NCBI GenBank assembly: GCA_036565685.1
Contig: DATCXR010000040.1
Location: forward strand, 1-57,147
Reading direction: 5' to 3'
DNA length: 57,147 nt
From: Gemmatimonadaceae bacterium
GTDB taxonomy: Bacteria; Gemmatimonadota; Gemmatimonadetes; Gemmatimonadales; Gemmatimonadaceae
The translations under genes and the position numbers were made by a program. Positions 43,128 to 51,740 of the stretch are shown in pieces. The notes under the pieces are model-generated. The model did no database searches, was not told where the DNA came from, and worked only from the letters and a program-made list of their open reading frames with translations. Every line of letters begins with the position of its first letter. Positions within the stretch are counted from its first letter, which is position 1.

Positions 43128-44030
43128 CTACCGCCAGGGCTCGTCCGCCGAGGGTCCATAGATCGAGGGGACCTTACCGCCGGCCATCCGCAGATACACC
43201 GAGAGCTGGCCGCGGTGGTGGATCTGGTCGGAGAGCATCGACCAGAGAAAGGCGTAGGTGGGGATGTCGCCCATCTGGTTTGGACCCGTGAAGAACGTCA
43301 CGCTTCCAGCATATGCGGCTTCGCTCGCGGAGTGGAGACGTCCGACGAGGCGGCCGTGCTGCTCCTCGAAGGCGTCGAGCACCTTCTCCCACGAGTCGGG
43401 AGGCGCGGGGAAGCCGCTCCCCACCACCGATTCGCGGTTGATCGCGAGGAGCATCATCCGCTCCTCCAGCACGAAAGTCCAGGCGAGCTGGAGCGCGGCG
43501 TTGGAGCGCTCGTGCGGCCGGAAGGCCGACTGCTCCGCGGGGAAGGCTCGCAACACCCTGAGCGTGGTCGCGTGCTCGCGCTCGTAAGCCGAGGGAAAGA
43601 GCTCCTTCGCCGATCGAGCGGCCGATACGACCGCAGCAGATGCGGAGGCACCGCCATCGGCGCTCCCCGCGAGCGAGAAGTGCGGGTTCTCGATCAGACC
43701 GACGATGTTGCCGAACGGATCGGCCACACTCGCTACCTTGATCCCCTCCCCTACGTCGCGCGCCGGCGAGACTACCTTGGCACCCGCTCGCTCGAAGCGC
43801 GCGACTTCGTCGTCCAGCGACTTCACGCCCCAGTAGGTCACGCTCCCGCCAGCACCGGCGCTGCCGGAGCTCGGGTCGGGGTCGAGACCTAACTCGTATC
43901 CCCCGATGTTGAAGCCCACATAGAAGGGCTCGTCGAAGTAGGGTTCGGCGCCGAAGGCCTTCGAATAGAAGTCCTTCGCGCGGGCGAGATCGGGCACGTG
44001 GAAGATGTTCGTGCGGAGACCGAGCGGCAT
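43128..44030 (-). CDS. fusion protein: VOC/glyoxalase-fold domain + DinB-family domain
   Basis: ATG 44030 (MPLGLRTNIFHVPDLARAKDFYSKAFG...PFGNIVGLIENP = VOC). The C-terminal half ...LSDQIHHRGQLSVYLRMAGGKVPSIYGPSADEPW is DinB-like. Confidence 0.8.
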   Translation of the reverse strand: MPLGLRTNIFHVPDLARAKDFYSKAFGAEPYFDEPFYVGFNIGGYELGLDPDPSSGSAGAGGSVTYWGVKSLDDEVARFERAGAKVVSPARDVGEGIKVASVADPFGNIVGLIENPHFSLAGSADGGASASAAVVSAARSAKELFPSAYEREHATTLRVLRAFPAEQSAFRPHERSNAALQLAWTFVLEERMMLLAINRESVVGSGFPAPPDSWEKVLDAFEEQHGRLVGRLHSASEAAYAGSVTFFTGPNQMGDIPTYAFLWSMLSDQIHHRGQLSVYLRMAGGKVPSIYGPSADEPWR

Positions 44031-44165
44031 CGGTGGACCTGTGCTGGTGGATGTGCGGTTGCGGCGCGCTCCAGTGGACTCTGCCGCCACCCGCTCGCCG
44101 TCGCCTACTCTGTCGAGCACGCGGTGGCGCGCGGAAACTATATAAACACCGCTACCCGAAGAACG

Positions 44166-44600
44166 CTACCGCAGCGTGTACAGATACGCGGCCATATCGC
44201 GCGCAGCACTCTCCGTCACGCCGAGGTTGGGCATCGCGGTACCTGGCTCTATGGACTCGGGCGCCTCGATCCACCTGATGAGATTGTCCGCGGTGTTCGA
44301 TGCTTCGCCGGCGATGAAGCTCCGCCTGGCGAAGTGGATCAACGGAGGCGCCGCGAGCCCGTTCGCTCCGCGCACCCCGGGAACACTGTGACAGGATCCG
44401 CAGCCGTACGCGACGATGGCCGCCTTCCCCGCATCGGGATCCCCACCGGGAATGGTGCGGACCTCGCCGCCGTTGTGACACCCCCCGAGCAGAAGCGAGA
44501 GCGCAACCGGCGCAGCGGCCGCGAAGGACGACGAGCACGATGCGCGAACGCACCGCTCCACTCCCGTTCCGCCGCCCTGTCCCCTCCTTCGTCGAAACAT
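44166..44600 (-). CDS. class I c-type cytochrome (lipoprotein-like leader)
   Basis: 144 aa. Heme site CGSCHSV with distal Met context PGTAMPN. Last gene of the oxidase cluster. Confidence 0.8.
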   Translation of the reverse strand: MFRRRRGQGGGTGVERCVRASCSSSFAAAAPVALSLLLGGCHNGGEVRTIPGGDPDAGKAAIVAYGCGSCHSVPGVRGANGLAAPPLIHFARRSFIAGEASNTADNLIRWIEAPESIEPGTAMPNLGVTESAARDMAAYLYTLR

Positions 44601-44699
44601 CGTCAGCTCCTCCGGCGCATCACCAACAGCGCGACGATACGCACACGCCCGTTCTTCCGCATGGCGATCAACCCGGCTACCCGCGCTGAGCGCTCATCG

Positions 44700-45335
44700 T
44701 CACCAGACCCTGGGCGAGATGTAGATGGTGAGGAAGAGAACCACCCATACTACTCCCACGAAATGCCAGTACGCGGCCACGTTCCTCACCGCGAGCGGAC
44801 GGCGCACCTCGATGCGGTTCACCAACGCACGGTAGAGCAGCTCGACTATCATGAGCAGCCCCAGGGTGACGTGAGCGAAATGGAAGCCAGTGATGGTGTA
44901 GAAGAGCGAGGAGTAGGCGTTCGTCGCGGGCGTGAAGCTCTGGCGGCTCCATTCGGTGGCCTCGATGATCAGGAACGCTACTCCCATCAGCAGCACCGCA
45001 CCCAGCAGAGAAGCGCATAGAGCGAGACGTCCACGCCTCAGCACTCGATCGGCGAGCCACATTGGCACGCTGCTCAGCACCAGGATGAGCGTGTTGATCA
45101 CCGCGAGCCGCATCTCGGGCACGCCCTGCGGCGGCCACCGCGAGTGCCGCGATCCGAGGTAGTAGTAGCTGAAGAACAGGTACGCGAAGAGCGTGGCTTC
45201 GGTGATGATGAAGAACGCCATCCCCCACCAGGCAGTGGACGCGGTACCGCCCACTCCAACCGGGAGCTCGTCTACCGGAACTCCGTAGATCTGCTCGAGG
45301 GATCGGGTCGCGTGCTCCGCGCTCGCGGTCGCCAT
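44700..45335 (-). CDS. ctaE: cytochrome c oxidase subunit III
   Basis: 211 aa. ...WWGMAFFIITEATLFAYLFFSY...TGFHFAHVTLGLLM...YWHFVGVVWVVLF. Confidence 0.9.
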   Translation of the reverse strand: MATASAEHATRSLEQIYGVPVDELPVGVGGTASTAWWGMAFFIITEATLFAYLFFSYYYLGSRHSRWPPQGVPEMRLAVINTLILVLSSVPMWLADRVLRRGRLALCASLLGAVLLMGVAFLIIEATEWSRQSFTPATNAYSSLFYTITGFHFAHVTLGLLMIVELLYRALVNRIEVRRPLAVRNVAAYWHFVGVVWVVLFLTIYISPRVW

Positions 45336-45338
45336 CGC

Positions 45339-47234
45339 CTACGACTCCACCGCTGTGCGGCTCGGCCAGAGCCAGCCGTGCACGCCGAAAAGCGTCAGGA
45401 CTCCGCCGGCCAGCGCCAGCCACCAGATGGATGTCACGAGTCCGTAGAAGGCAGCTAGAAGCGCCAGCGAGACGATGAATGGCCACATCGAATTCTCGGG
45501 CATCCTGAGGATGGCCACCGGCTCGCCATCGAGCGTGGATGTCTGGAGAGTCTCCTTGCCCGGGCCGGCGAGCGTTGGGCCCCGGTGAATCGAGCTCCGT
45601 CGCCCCATCCCCAACCGCTCCTCCCACAGCGGATCGCGGCTCCCGATGGTGGGAATGACCTCGAAGTTGTACGGAGGAGGCGGCGAGGCCGTAGCCCACT
45701 CCAGCGAGCTCGCATCCCACGGATTGTCGCCGGCCGGCGGTCCGTAGAAGAGACTCCAGAAGAAGTTGATCACGAAGAGCAGCACGCCGATCGCGAAGAT
45801 GTACGAGCCGATGCTCGTGATCAGATTCACCGTGTCCCACCCCACGCCGGCCGGATAGGTGAAGATGCGGCGCGGCATTCCCAGCAGGCCGCTGATGTGC
45901 ATGGGGAAGAAGCCCAGGTTGAACGAGAGGAACATCACCCAGAAGTTCCACTTCCCCACCCGCTCGCTCAGCATCCGCCCCGTGATCTTTGGGAGCCAGT
46001 AGTAGAACGCGGCAATCACCGGGAAGAGGTTGATCCCCACCAGCACGTAGTGAATGTGCGCCACCACGAAGTAGGTGTCGGTGATGGTCCAGTCGAACGG
46101 AGTGGCGGCGGTGACCACGCCCGACACTCCTCCGATCACGAAGAGGAAAATGAAGCCGAGCGCGAAGAGCATCGACGTGGTCAGCACCACGCGCCCCTGC
46201 CAGATGGTGGCGAGCCAGACGAAGATCGAGATCGCGCTCGGGATCACCACCGTCATGCTCCCCGCGCTGAAGAAGCTCATCGCCATGGGCGGAAGCCCGG
46301 TGGCGAACATGTGGTGCACCCACACGCCGAAGCCGATCACGCCGGTCATCACCACGCCGAGCGCGTTCCAGGCGTAGCCCACGATCGGACGGCGCGCGAA
46401 GGTGGGGATGATCATCGAAACGAAGCTCAGCGCCGGCAGCACCACGATGTAGACCCACGGGTGGCCGAAGATCCAGAAGAGATGCTGCCAGAGTATGGCG
46501 CTCCCGCCGCCCGAGGGGTCGAAGAAGTGCGTGCCGAACTTCCGGTCCAGATAGAGGAACACGCACGCTACCGAGAGCGAGGGGAGTGCGAAGATGATGG
46601 AGAACGACGCCGTCAACGTCCCGTACATGAAGAGCGGCAGCCGGCCCAGAGACATCCCGGGCGCGCGCAGCTTGAACGCGGTCACGATGAAGTTGATCGA
46701 GCCCACGGTCCCCGAGATCGTGAGGAAGATCAGCGCCAGCGTGTAGAAGTCCATGTTGATCCCGGGCGCGTAGAGGCGCTCGGTGAGCGGCGCGTACGCG
46801 AACCAGCCGCGATCGGGGCCGAGCCCCACGGCGTACCCAGTGTAGAGGAAGACCCCGGAGAAGAGAAAGCACCAGTAGCTGAAGGCGTTCATCCGCGGAT
46901 ACGCCATGTCGCGCGAGCCGACCATCAGCGGGAAGAAGTAGTTGCTGAAGCCGGAGAGGATCGGGAAGGCGTACCAGAAGATCATGGTCAGCCCGTGCAT
47001 CGTGAAGAGCTGATTGTACGCCTCGGGCGAGAGGAGGTGTTCATTGGAGCGAGTCAGCTGCGCGCGGATCACCGCCGCCTCGAGCCCACCCACGATGAGA
47101 AACACGAACGCGGTCGCCAGGTAGCGCTTTCCGATGACTTTGTGGTCAACGCTCGCCAGCGTGCTGTACACGCTCCTTGGCGGCTCCCACGCGGTCACGA
47201 GACGTTCTGCTACCGTTGCCACCGGTCCCTCCAC
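45339..47234 (-). CDS. ctaD: cytochrome c oxidase subunit I (heme-copper oxidase) with C-terminal 2-TM extension
   Basis: 631 aa. ...LFWIFGHPWVYIVVLPA..., ...WVHHMFATG..., ...VVAHIHYVLVG.... Extra C-terminal helices (SMWPFIVSLALLAAFYGL...). Confidence 0.95.
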   Translation of the reverse strand: MEGPVATVAERLVTAWEPPRSVYSTLASVDHKVIGKRYLATAFVFLIVGGLEAAVIRAQLTRSNEHLLSPEAYNQLFTMHGLTMIFWYAFPILSGFSNYFFPLMVGSRDMAYPRMNAFSYWCFLFSGVFLYTGYAVGLGPDRGWFAYAPLTERLYAPGINMDFYTLALIFLTISGTVGSINFIVTAFKLRAPGMSLGRLPLFMYGTLTASFSIIFALPSLSVACVFLYLDRKFGTHFFDPSGGGSAILWQHLFWIFGHPWVYIVVLPALSFVSMIIPTFARRPIVGYAWNALGVVMTGVIGFGVWVHHMFATGLPPMAMSFFSAGSMTVVIPSAISIFVWLATIWQGRVVLTTSMLFALGFIFLFVIGGVSGVVTAATPFDWTITDTYFVVAHIHYVLVGINLFPVIAAFYYWLPKITGRMLSERVGKWNFWVMFLSFNLGFFPMHISGLLGMPRRIFTYPAGVGWDTVNLITSIGSYIFAIGVLLFVINFFWSLFYGPPAGDNPWDASSLEWATASPPPPYNFEVIPTIGSRDPLWEERLGMGRRSSIHRGPTLAGPGKETLQTSTLDGEPVAILRMPENSMWPFIVSLALLAAFYGLVTSIWWLALAGGVLTLFGVHGWLWPSRTAVES

Positions 47235-47235
47235 A

Positions 47236-48264
47236 TCAGCGCAGTGTCTCCAGGTAGCTCAGCACAGCGTGCAGATCGCCGGGCTCCAGGTCGATACGAG
47301 GCATCAGGGCGCCCGGCTTGAGGCTTGGCGCATTCACTACCCATCCCGCGAGATTGCCGCGGTTGTTGGTGAGCTCGCCGCCCGCGATCGTCTCCCTGCT
47401 CGCCAGATGCGTCAGATCCGGGCCGATCACCCCCCTCGCCATGGAACCGCGTACGGTGTGGCAGAGCGCGCACGTTTGCATGAAGCGCTGCTGACCACGT
47501 GCTGTCTCACCTTCCCGCGGAACGGCGGCCGGGCGCGACTGCGCGGCGAGCCAGCTCCGAAACTGGTCAGCGCTCTCCGCGGTCACGTACACCGCCATGT
47601 TGCTGTGCTGCAGCCCACAATACTCGGCGCACTGACCGCGATAGCGGCCGGCCGAGTCGGCGCGGATCCAGAACTGATTCCGCACCCCGGGAATCACGTC
47701 GATCTTCCCGTGCAGACGTGGGATCCAGAAGCTGTGTATGACATCTGCCGACGCCACCTGCAAGCGCACCGGAACGCCCACGGGAATGTGCAGCTCGTTG
47801 GCCGTCGTGAAACTGTCCGACGACTGCGTGCTCGGGTAGCGCGCCTCCCACCACCACCTGTGTCCCACGATCTCGATCGTGAGCGCGGGCTGCCCGTCGG
47901 GGCTCACGGTCTCTCCCATCACCACCATGGAGTACGCGAAGGTGCCGAGGAGAGTGAGGCCGGTGAGCACGACCCCTATGATGATCCAGCGGGTGCTCGG
48001 CGGCGTGTTCACGAGCGGCGTGTCGGCGAGCGTGCTCCCGCGATGGCGGATCACGGGGATCAGCTCGAGCACTCCTATTATCAGCACCACCAGCAGGCTG
48101 ATGGCGAGGAGCCACCAGCCGAGCACCGCGAGCGTGTGCGCCGGCCGGCTCGCGGGGCGCATCATCGACGGCGCTTCGCTACACGCAGCGGGCGCGAGAG
48201 CCAGCAGGGCGAGGCACGCGCACCGCGCGTGCTCGCTACCGACGCGATTCCCGTATGCGGTCAC
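47236..48264 (-). CDS. ctaC: cytochrome c oxidase subunit II with fused C-terminal cytochrome c domain (caa3 type)
   Basis: 342 aa. CuA site ...DVIHSFWIP...GQCAEYCGLQHSNM. Heme c site CALCHTV. Confidence 0.9.
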   Translation of the reverse strand: MTAYGNRVGSEHARCACLALLALAPAACSEAPSMMRPASRPAHTLAVLGWWLLAISLLVVLIIGVLELIPVIRHRGSTLADTPLVNTPPSTRWIIIGVVLTGLTLLGTFAYSMVVMGETVSPDGQPALTIEIVGHRWWWEARYPSTQSSDSFTTANELHIPVGVPVRLQVASADVIHSFWIPRLHGKIDVIPGVRNQFWIRADSAGRYRGQCAEYCGLQHSNMAVYVTAESADQFRSWLAAQSRPAAVPREGETARGQQRFMQTCALCHTVRGSMARGVIGPDLTHLASRETIAGGELTNNRGNLAGWVVNAPSLKPGALMPRIDLEPGDLHAVLSYLETLR

Positions 48265-49181
48265 GTCCCCGTACGCGGCTCACCGGCTGACGCCGAGGCG
48301 GAGATGATTCCTCCCGTCTCGTCTACCAGCGGCGTGCCGTACGAGCGGAGGATTTTCTCGATGTCATCGTGCCTCCTGTCGAGGATGGCGTCGAGCTTCC
48401 TGGCGAGCGTGCTGTCGCCCCGGCGCACTCCCATCGATATGGCGTAGTCGAAGGGCATCCCGGGCATCGCAATGCGCGGCGAGACCGGAGCAATCTCGAG
48501 CGGAACGTGCTCACGTGTGGCGTAGTAGCCGGCGAGCGGTCCCCAGGCGATCGCGACATCCACCTTTCCATCAGCTACCGCTCCGATGAGATCCGACGGT
48601 GGGCTCGGTCTCGAGTAGTCGCCGTAGATGCTGAAGCCCACCACGTTGTTCACGATCCCGCGACGCGCGAGCGCTATCCCTGGCGGCAGCGCGTTGTAGT
48701 CGTCGCCGATCACGTGCACGCCTACCTTCAATTTCTTCAGACGTGGGTCGTCGAAGGATCGGATATCGTAGTGGCGGTCCCTGCGCCACACGAACACGTA
48801 AGTGGAGCGGTAGTATGGCCTGGTGGTGAGCACCATCTCGTCGCCGCGCGGAATGCCGATCACGACGTCGCAGCTGCCCGCGCGGAGCGTGTTGCGGATG
48901 AAGCCGCGCCGCTGCGCCCACCACGTGTAGCTCACCGGGACGTGCAGCTCCTCCGCCACGATCGAGGCAACCCGATTCTCGAAGCCCTCTCTCTGCTCGT
49001 TGGAGAAGGGGAGGTTGTTGGGATCGGCGCACACACGGAGCGCGGCGGGGCCGGGTCTTACACTATGGCTTGCTGCGGTGAAAGCATGGGTGTCTCCGGC
49101 CGGGCTACCGCTCCCCTCCGAGCACCCACATACCAACACTATTGCCGGCAGCGTGATCAGAGACACCACGCGCCGAACCAT
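48261..49181 (-). CDS. periplasmic substrate-binding-fold protein (MoxJ / quinoprotein-dehydrogenase-associated SBP-like)
   Basis: ATG 49181 gives MVRRVVSLITLPAIVLVCGCSEG. ...LRVCADPNNLPFSNEQREGFENRVASIVAEEL...RAGSCDVVIGIP.... 4-nt overlap with the ctaC start. The family assignment is from remembered sequence patterns. Confidence 0.7.
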   Translation of the reverse strand: MVRRVVSLITLPAIVLVCGCSEGSGSPAGDTHAFTAASHSVRPGPAALRVCADPNNLPFSNEQREGFENRVASIVAEELHVPVSYTWWAQRRGFIRNTLRAGSCDVVIGIPRGDEMVLTTRPYYRSTYVFVWRRDRHYDIRSFDDPRLKKLKVGVHVIGDDYNALPPGIALARRGIVNNVVGFSIYGDYSRPSPPSDLIGAVADGKVDVAIAWGPLAGYYATREHVPLEIAPVSPRIAMPGMPFDYAISMGVRRGDSTLARKLDAILDRRHDDIEKILRSYGTPLVDETGGIISASASAGEPRTGT

Positions 49182-49336
49182 GTCTTTCACCGACGCAACC
49201 TCCTGGTTCGCCCTTACGAGAGCCCCCGCGCCGTCACTCGGTCCGCACCGCGTACGGGCTTGCACGAAGCGTTCCGGGTACGGCAAACGGCGAGGTCTGG
49301 TCAGTACAGAACTACACTGCCGGTCCAGCTCGCCCC

Positions 49337-49933
49337 TCACTCCGAAAGCAGAAGGAACTGCCGCAGTATCCGCTCGGTGAGCCCCCAGATGATGCGCCCC
49401 TCGTGCTCGAACGACGGAACACGACGAGGGCCGCTCGTCAGCTCGAGGACGATCTCGCGCGATGCTCGCGGATCGCGGAGCGCATCCACCGGCACCCAGA
49501 ACGCCTCGGCCACCTCGGAGCTCAGCGTCACGATGCCGGATGCTCCGTACGCGAAGAGGAAGGGTGTAATCGTGATCGGCGGGAGAGGCGCCGAACGCGG
49601 ACCGAGGTCGTCGAGCCGTCCGAGCAGCCTACCATCACGGATCAGGTCGAGCGCGGTCTCCTCACGCGTCTCGCGTATGGCCGTGTCCTCGAGCGAGCGG
49701 TCGCCCGGCTCCTCTCGGCCGCCGGGAAGCGCGATGTGACCGCTCCACGGATCGCCCGCGTATTCCGCGCGCTTGATCATCAGGAGCTCCAGGGAACGAC
49801 GCTCGCTCGCGCGGAGAATGAGCGCCACCGCCGCGCGCCGCGCGTTATCGCCCAGCTCCATCCGGCTCGGTACGCGCCCTGCCAGCGCACGAGAGAGTCG
49901 GAGGACGAGCGGATGATCGAGCGTCGCTTCCAT
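49337..49933 (-). CDS. Nudix hydrolase (CoA pyrophosphatase-like)
   Basis: I prefer ATG 49933 (MEATLDHP...). Nudix box GHIALPGGREEPGDRSLEDTAIRETREETAL. Confidence 0.8.
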   Translation of the reverse strand: MEATLDHPLVLRLSRALAGRVPSRMELGDNARRAAVALILRASERRSLELLMIKRAEYAGDPWSGHIALPGGREEPGDRSLEDTAIRETREETALDLIRDGRLLGRLDDLGPRSAPLPPITITPFLFAYGASGIVTLSSEVAEAFWVPVDALRDPRASREIVLELTSGPRRVPSFEHEGRIIWGLTERILRQFLLLSE

Positions 49934-49985
49934 TCCTGCCGCTGGACTCCGGCGGTCGCGCTGACCCACTCGCTCTCCCGGTCTG

Positions 49986-50348
49986 CTACTGATCGAGCTC
50001 TCCGCCCACCTCGTGCCAGGCGAGCACGCCGCCCTTGATGGTCGCGACATGGTCGTACCCGAGCTCGCGCATTATGTCAGCCGCCTCCGCCGCGCGTCCA
50101 CCACGCGCGCAGTACACGATCACCCGCCTGTCGGGCGCGATCACCGCGCGCACACCCTCGCGCACTCGTCCCACGGGAAGGTGCACCGCGCCCGGGATCC
50201 GGAAGAGATTCCACTCGTTGGACTCGCGAACGTCCAGGTAGACGAGGTCGTCTCCGTTCCTGTGCATGGCCACCGCTTCGGCGGCCGGAATCTCACTCAC
50301 TCGCCTGCCACCTCCCGCTACGAGCTCATCGAAGCTCTTGGCGTCCAT
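49986..50348 (-). CDS. single-domain rhodanese-like sulfurtransferase
   Basis: 120 aa: ...LDVRESNEW...IPGAVHLP...VIVYCARGGRAAEAA (active-site Cys loop). Confidence 0.85.
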   Translation of the reverse strand: MDAKSFDELVAGGGRRVSEIPAAEAVAMHRNGDDLVYLDVRESNEWNLFRIPGAVHLPVGRVREGVRAVIAPDRRVIVYCARGGRAAEAADIMRELGYDHVATIKGGVLAWHEVGGELDQ

Positions 50349-50471
50349 GATGATGCTTCCCTCCGGGCCCGATACGCGGCCGGCGAATCCGGCCGCGCCG
50401 GAACGTAGGACCGGAGGGGAGCATGGTCAACGGGGGATAGACGGGCGCGGGCACGGCAGTAGTATTAGCGG

Positions 50472-51740
50472 ATGTCGCTCACCGTGCGCGTCCTGATCGG
50501 ACTGGTCGTCGGCCTCGCCGCCGGCATCGTGATCTCGCTCGTTCCCTCGCTCATGGGAGTCGTTCCCTTCATCGAGCCGATCGGAACGCTCTTCATCAAC
50601 GCGATCCGGATGACGGTGGTACCGCTCGTCTTCGCCTGCCTCCTGGTGGGCGTGGCCGACGCGGCCGACGCGAGGGTCATCGGGCGATTGGGGCGGAGAT
50701 CGCTGGTGGTGTTCGCGGTGACCGCGTTCGCCGCGGCCATCTTCGCGGTGCTCGTGGCCCACCCGCTGCTTGGCTTCCTCTCGATAGACCCCGCCGCGAG
50801 CGCTTCGCTGCGAGAGGTGGCGGCGAGCAGCAGCGCGACGGTAGAGGCGGGAACGAAGCAGGTGCCCTCGATCGCGCAGTGGATCGTCTCGCTCGTGCCG
50901 GTGAACCCGGTGAAGGCGGCCGCGGACGGAGCCATGCTTCCGCTCATCGTGTTCGCCATCGCTTTCGGGATAGCGATTCTCAAGCTCCCTGAAAAGAGAC
51001 GCGAGCCGCTGGTCTCCTTCTTCCGTAGCGTGTTCGACGCGATGCTGGTGCTCGTGCGCTGGGTGCTCGAGCTCGCGCCGTTCGGCGTCTTCGCGCTCGC
51101 GCTCCCGCTCGCGGCCCGGCTAGGACTCTCCGCTGCCGGCGCGGTGGCGTACTACATGGCACTCGTCGCCCTCGTGTGCGTTCTCTTCGTGGCACTCTTC
51201 CTCTTCCCCGCGGCAGCCGTGCTGGGACGCGTCCCCATGCGTCTCTTCGCGAAGGCCACGACTCCGGCGCTCGCGGTGGCGTTCAGCTCGCGCTCATCGC
51301 TCGCCGCGCTTCCGGTGATGATCGAGGAGTCGAACAGCACGCTCGAGCTTCCCGCCGAGATCTCCACCTTCTTCCTCCCTCTGGCCACATCGGTATTCCG
51401 GTGCGGCTCGGCCGCGATGCTCACGATAGGCGTACTCTTCGTGGCGCGGCTGTACGGTGTGGAGCTCGGCGTCACGCAGCTCGCGAGCATGGTGGTCACC
51501 GCGACGCTGGTCAGCTTCAGCGTTCCCGCCATCCCCTCCGGTTCCATCCTCGTGATGGTTCCGGTAATGATGGCCGCGGGCGTGCCCGTGGCGGGGATCG
51601 GTATCCTTCTGGGGATCGACACGATACCCGACATGTTCCGCACCACCACGAACGTGATCGGGAGCATGTCGGCCGCGACGCTCGTGGCACGCGAGGAACG
51701 CGCGAGCGTGGCAGCACTCGTGGAGCAACCCGATTCGTGA
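50472..51740 (+). CDS. dicarboxylate/amino acid:cation symporter (DAACS/GltP family)
   Basis: 422 aa. ...AIRMTVVPLVF..., ...AFSSRSSLAALPV..., ...GIDTIPDMFRTTTNVIG.... Confidence 0.9.
   Translation: MSLTVRVLIGLVVGLAAGIVISLVPSLMGVVPFIEPIGTLFINAIRMTVVPLVFACLLVGVADAADARVIGRLGRRSLVVFAVTAFAAAIFAVLVAHPLLGFLSIDPAASASLREVAASSSATVEAGTKQVPSIAQWIVSLVPVNPVKAAADGAMLPLIVFAIAFGIAILKLPEKRREPLVSFFRSVFDAMLVLVRWVLELAPFGVFALALPLAARLGLSAAGAVAYYMALVALVCVLFVALFLFPAAAVLGRVPMRLFAKATTPALAVAFSSRSSLAALPVMIEESNSTLELPAEISTFFLPLATSVFRCGSAAMLTIGVLFVARLYGVELGVTQLASMVVTATLVSFSVPAIPSGSILVMVPVMMAAGVPVAGIGILLGIDTIPDMFRTTTNVIGSMSAATLVAREERASVAALVEQPDS

Noticed and set aside
44677-47321. 731-aa minus-strand (44677..46872) and 578-aa plus-strand (45585..47321) ORFs
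   Set aside because: They are in alternative or antisense frames over ctaE/ctaD, which have textbook heme-copper oxidase motifs. Their composition is Arg/His/Asp-rich.
51176-51736. 5-prime extension of the 572-aa ORF 51176..52894
   Set aside because: It overlaps the DAACS symporter in another frame. The GT2 domain begins after GTG 51737.
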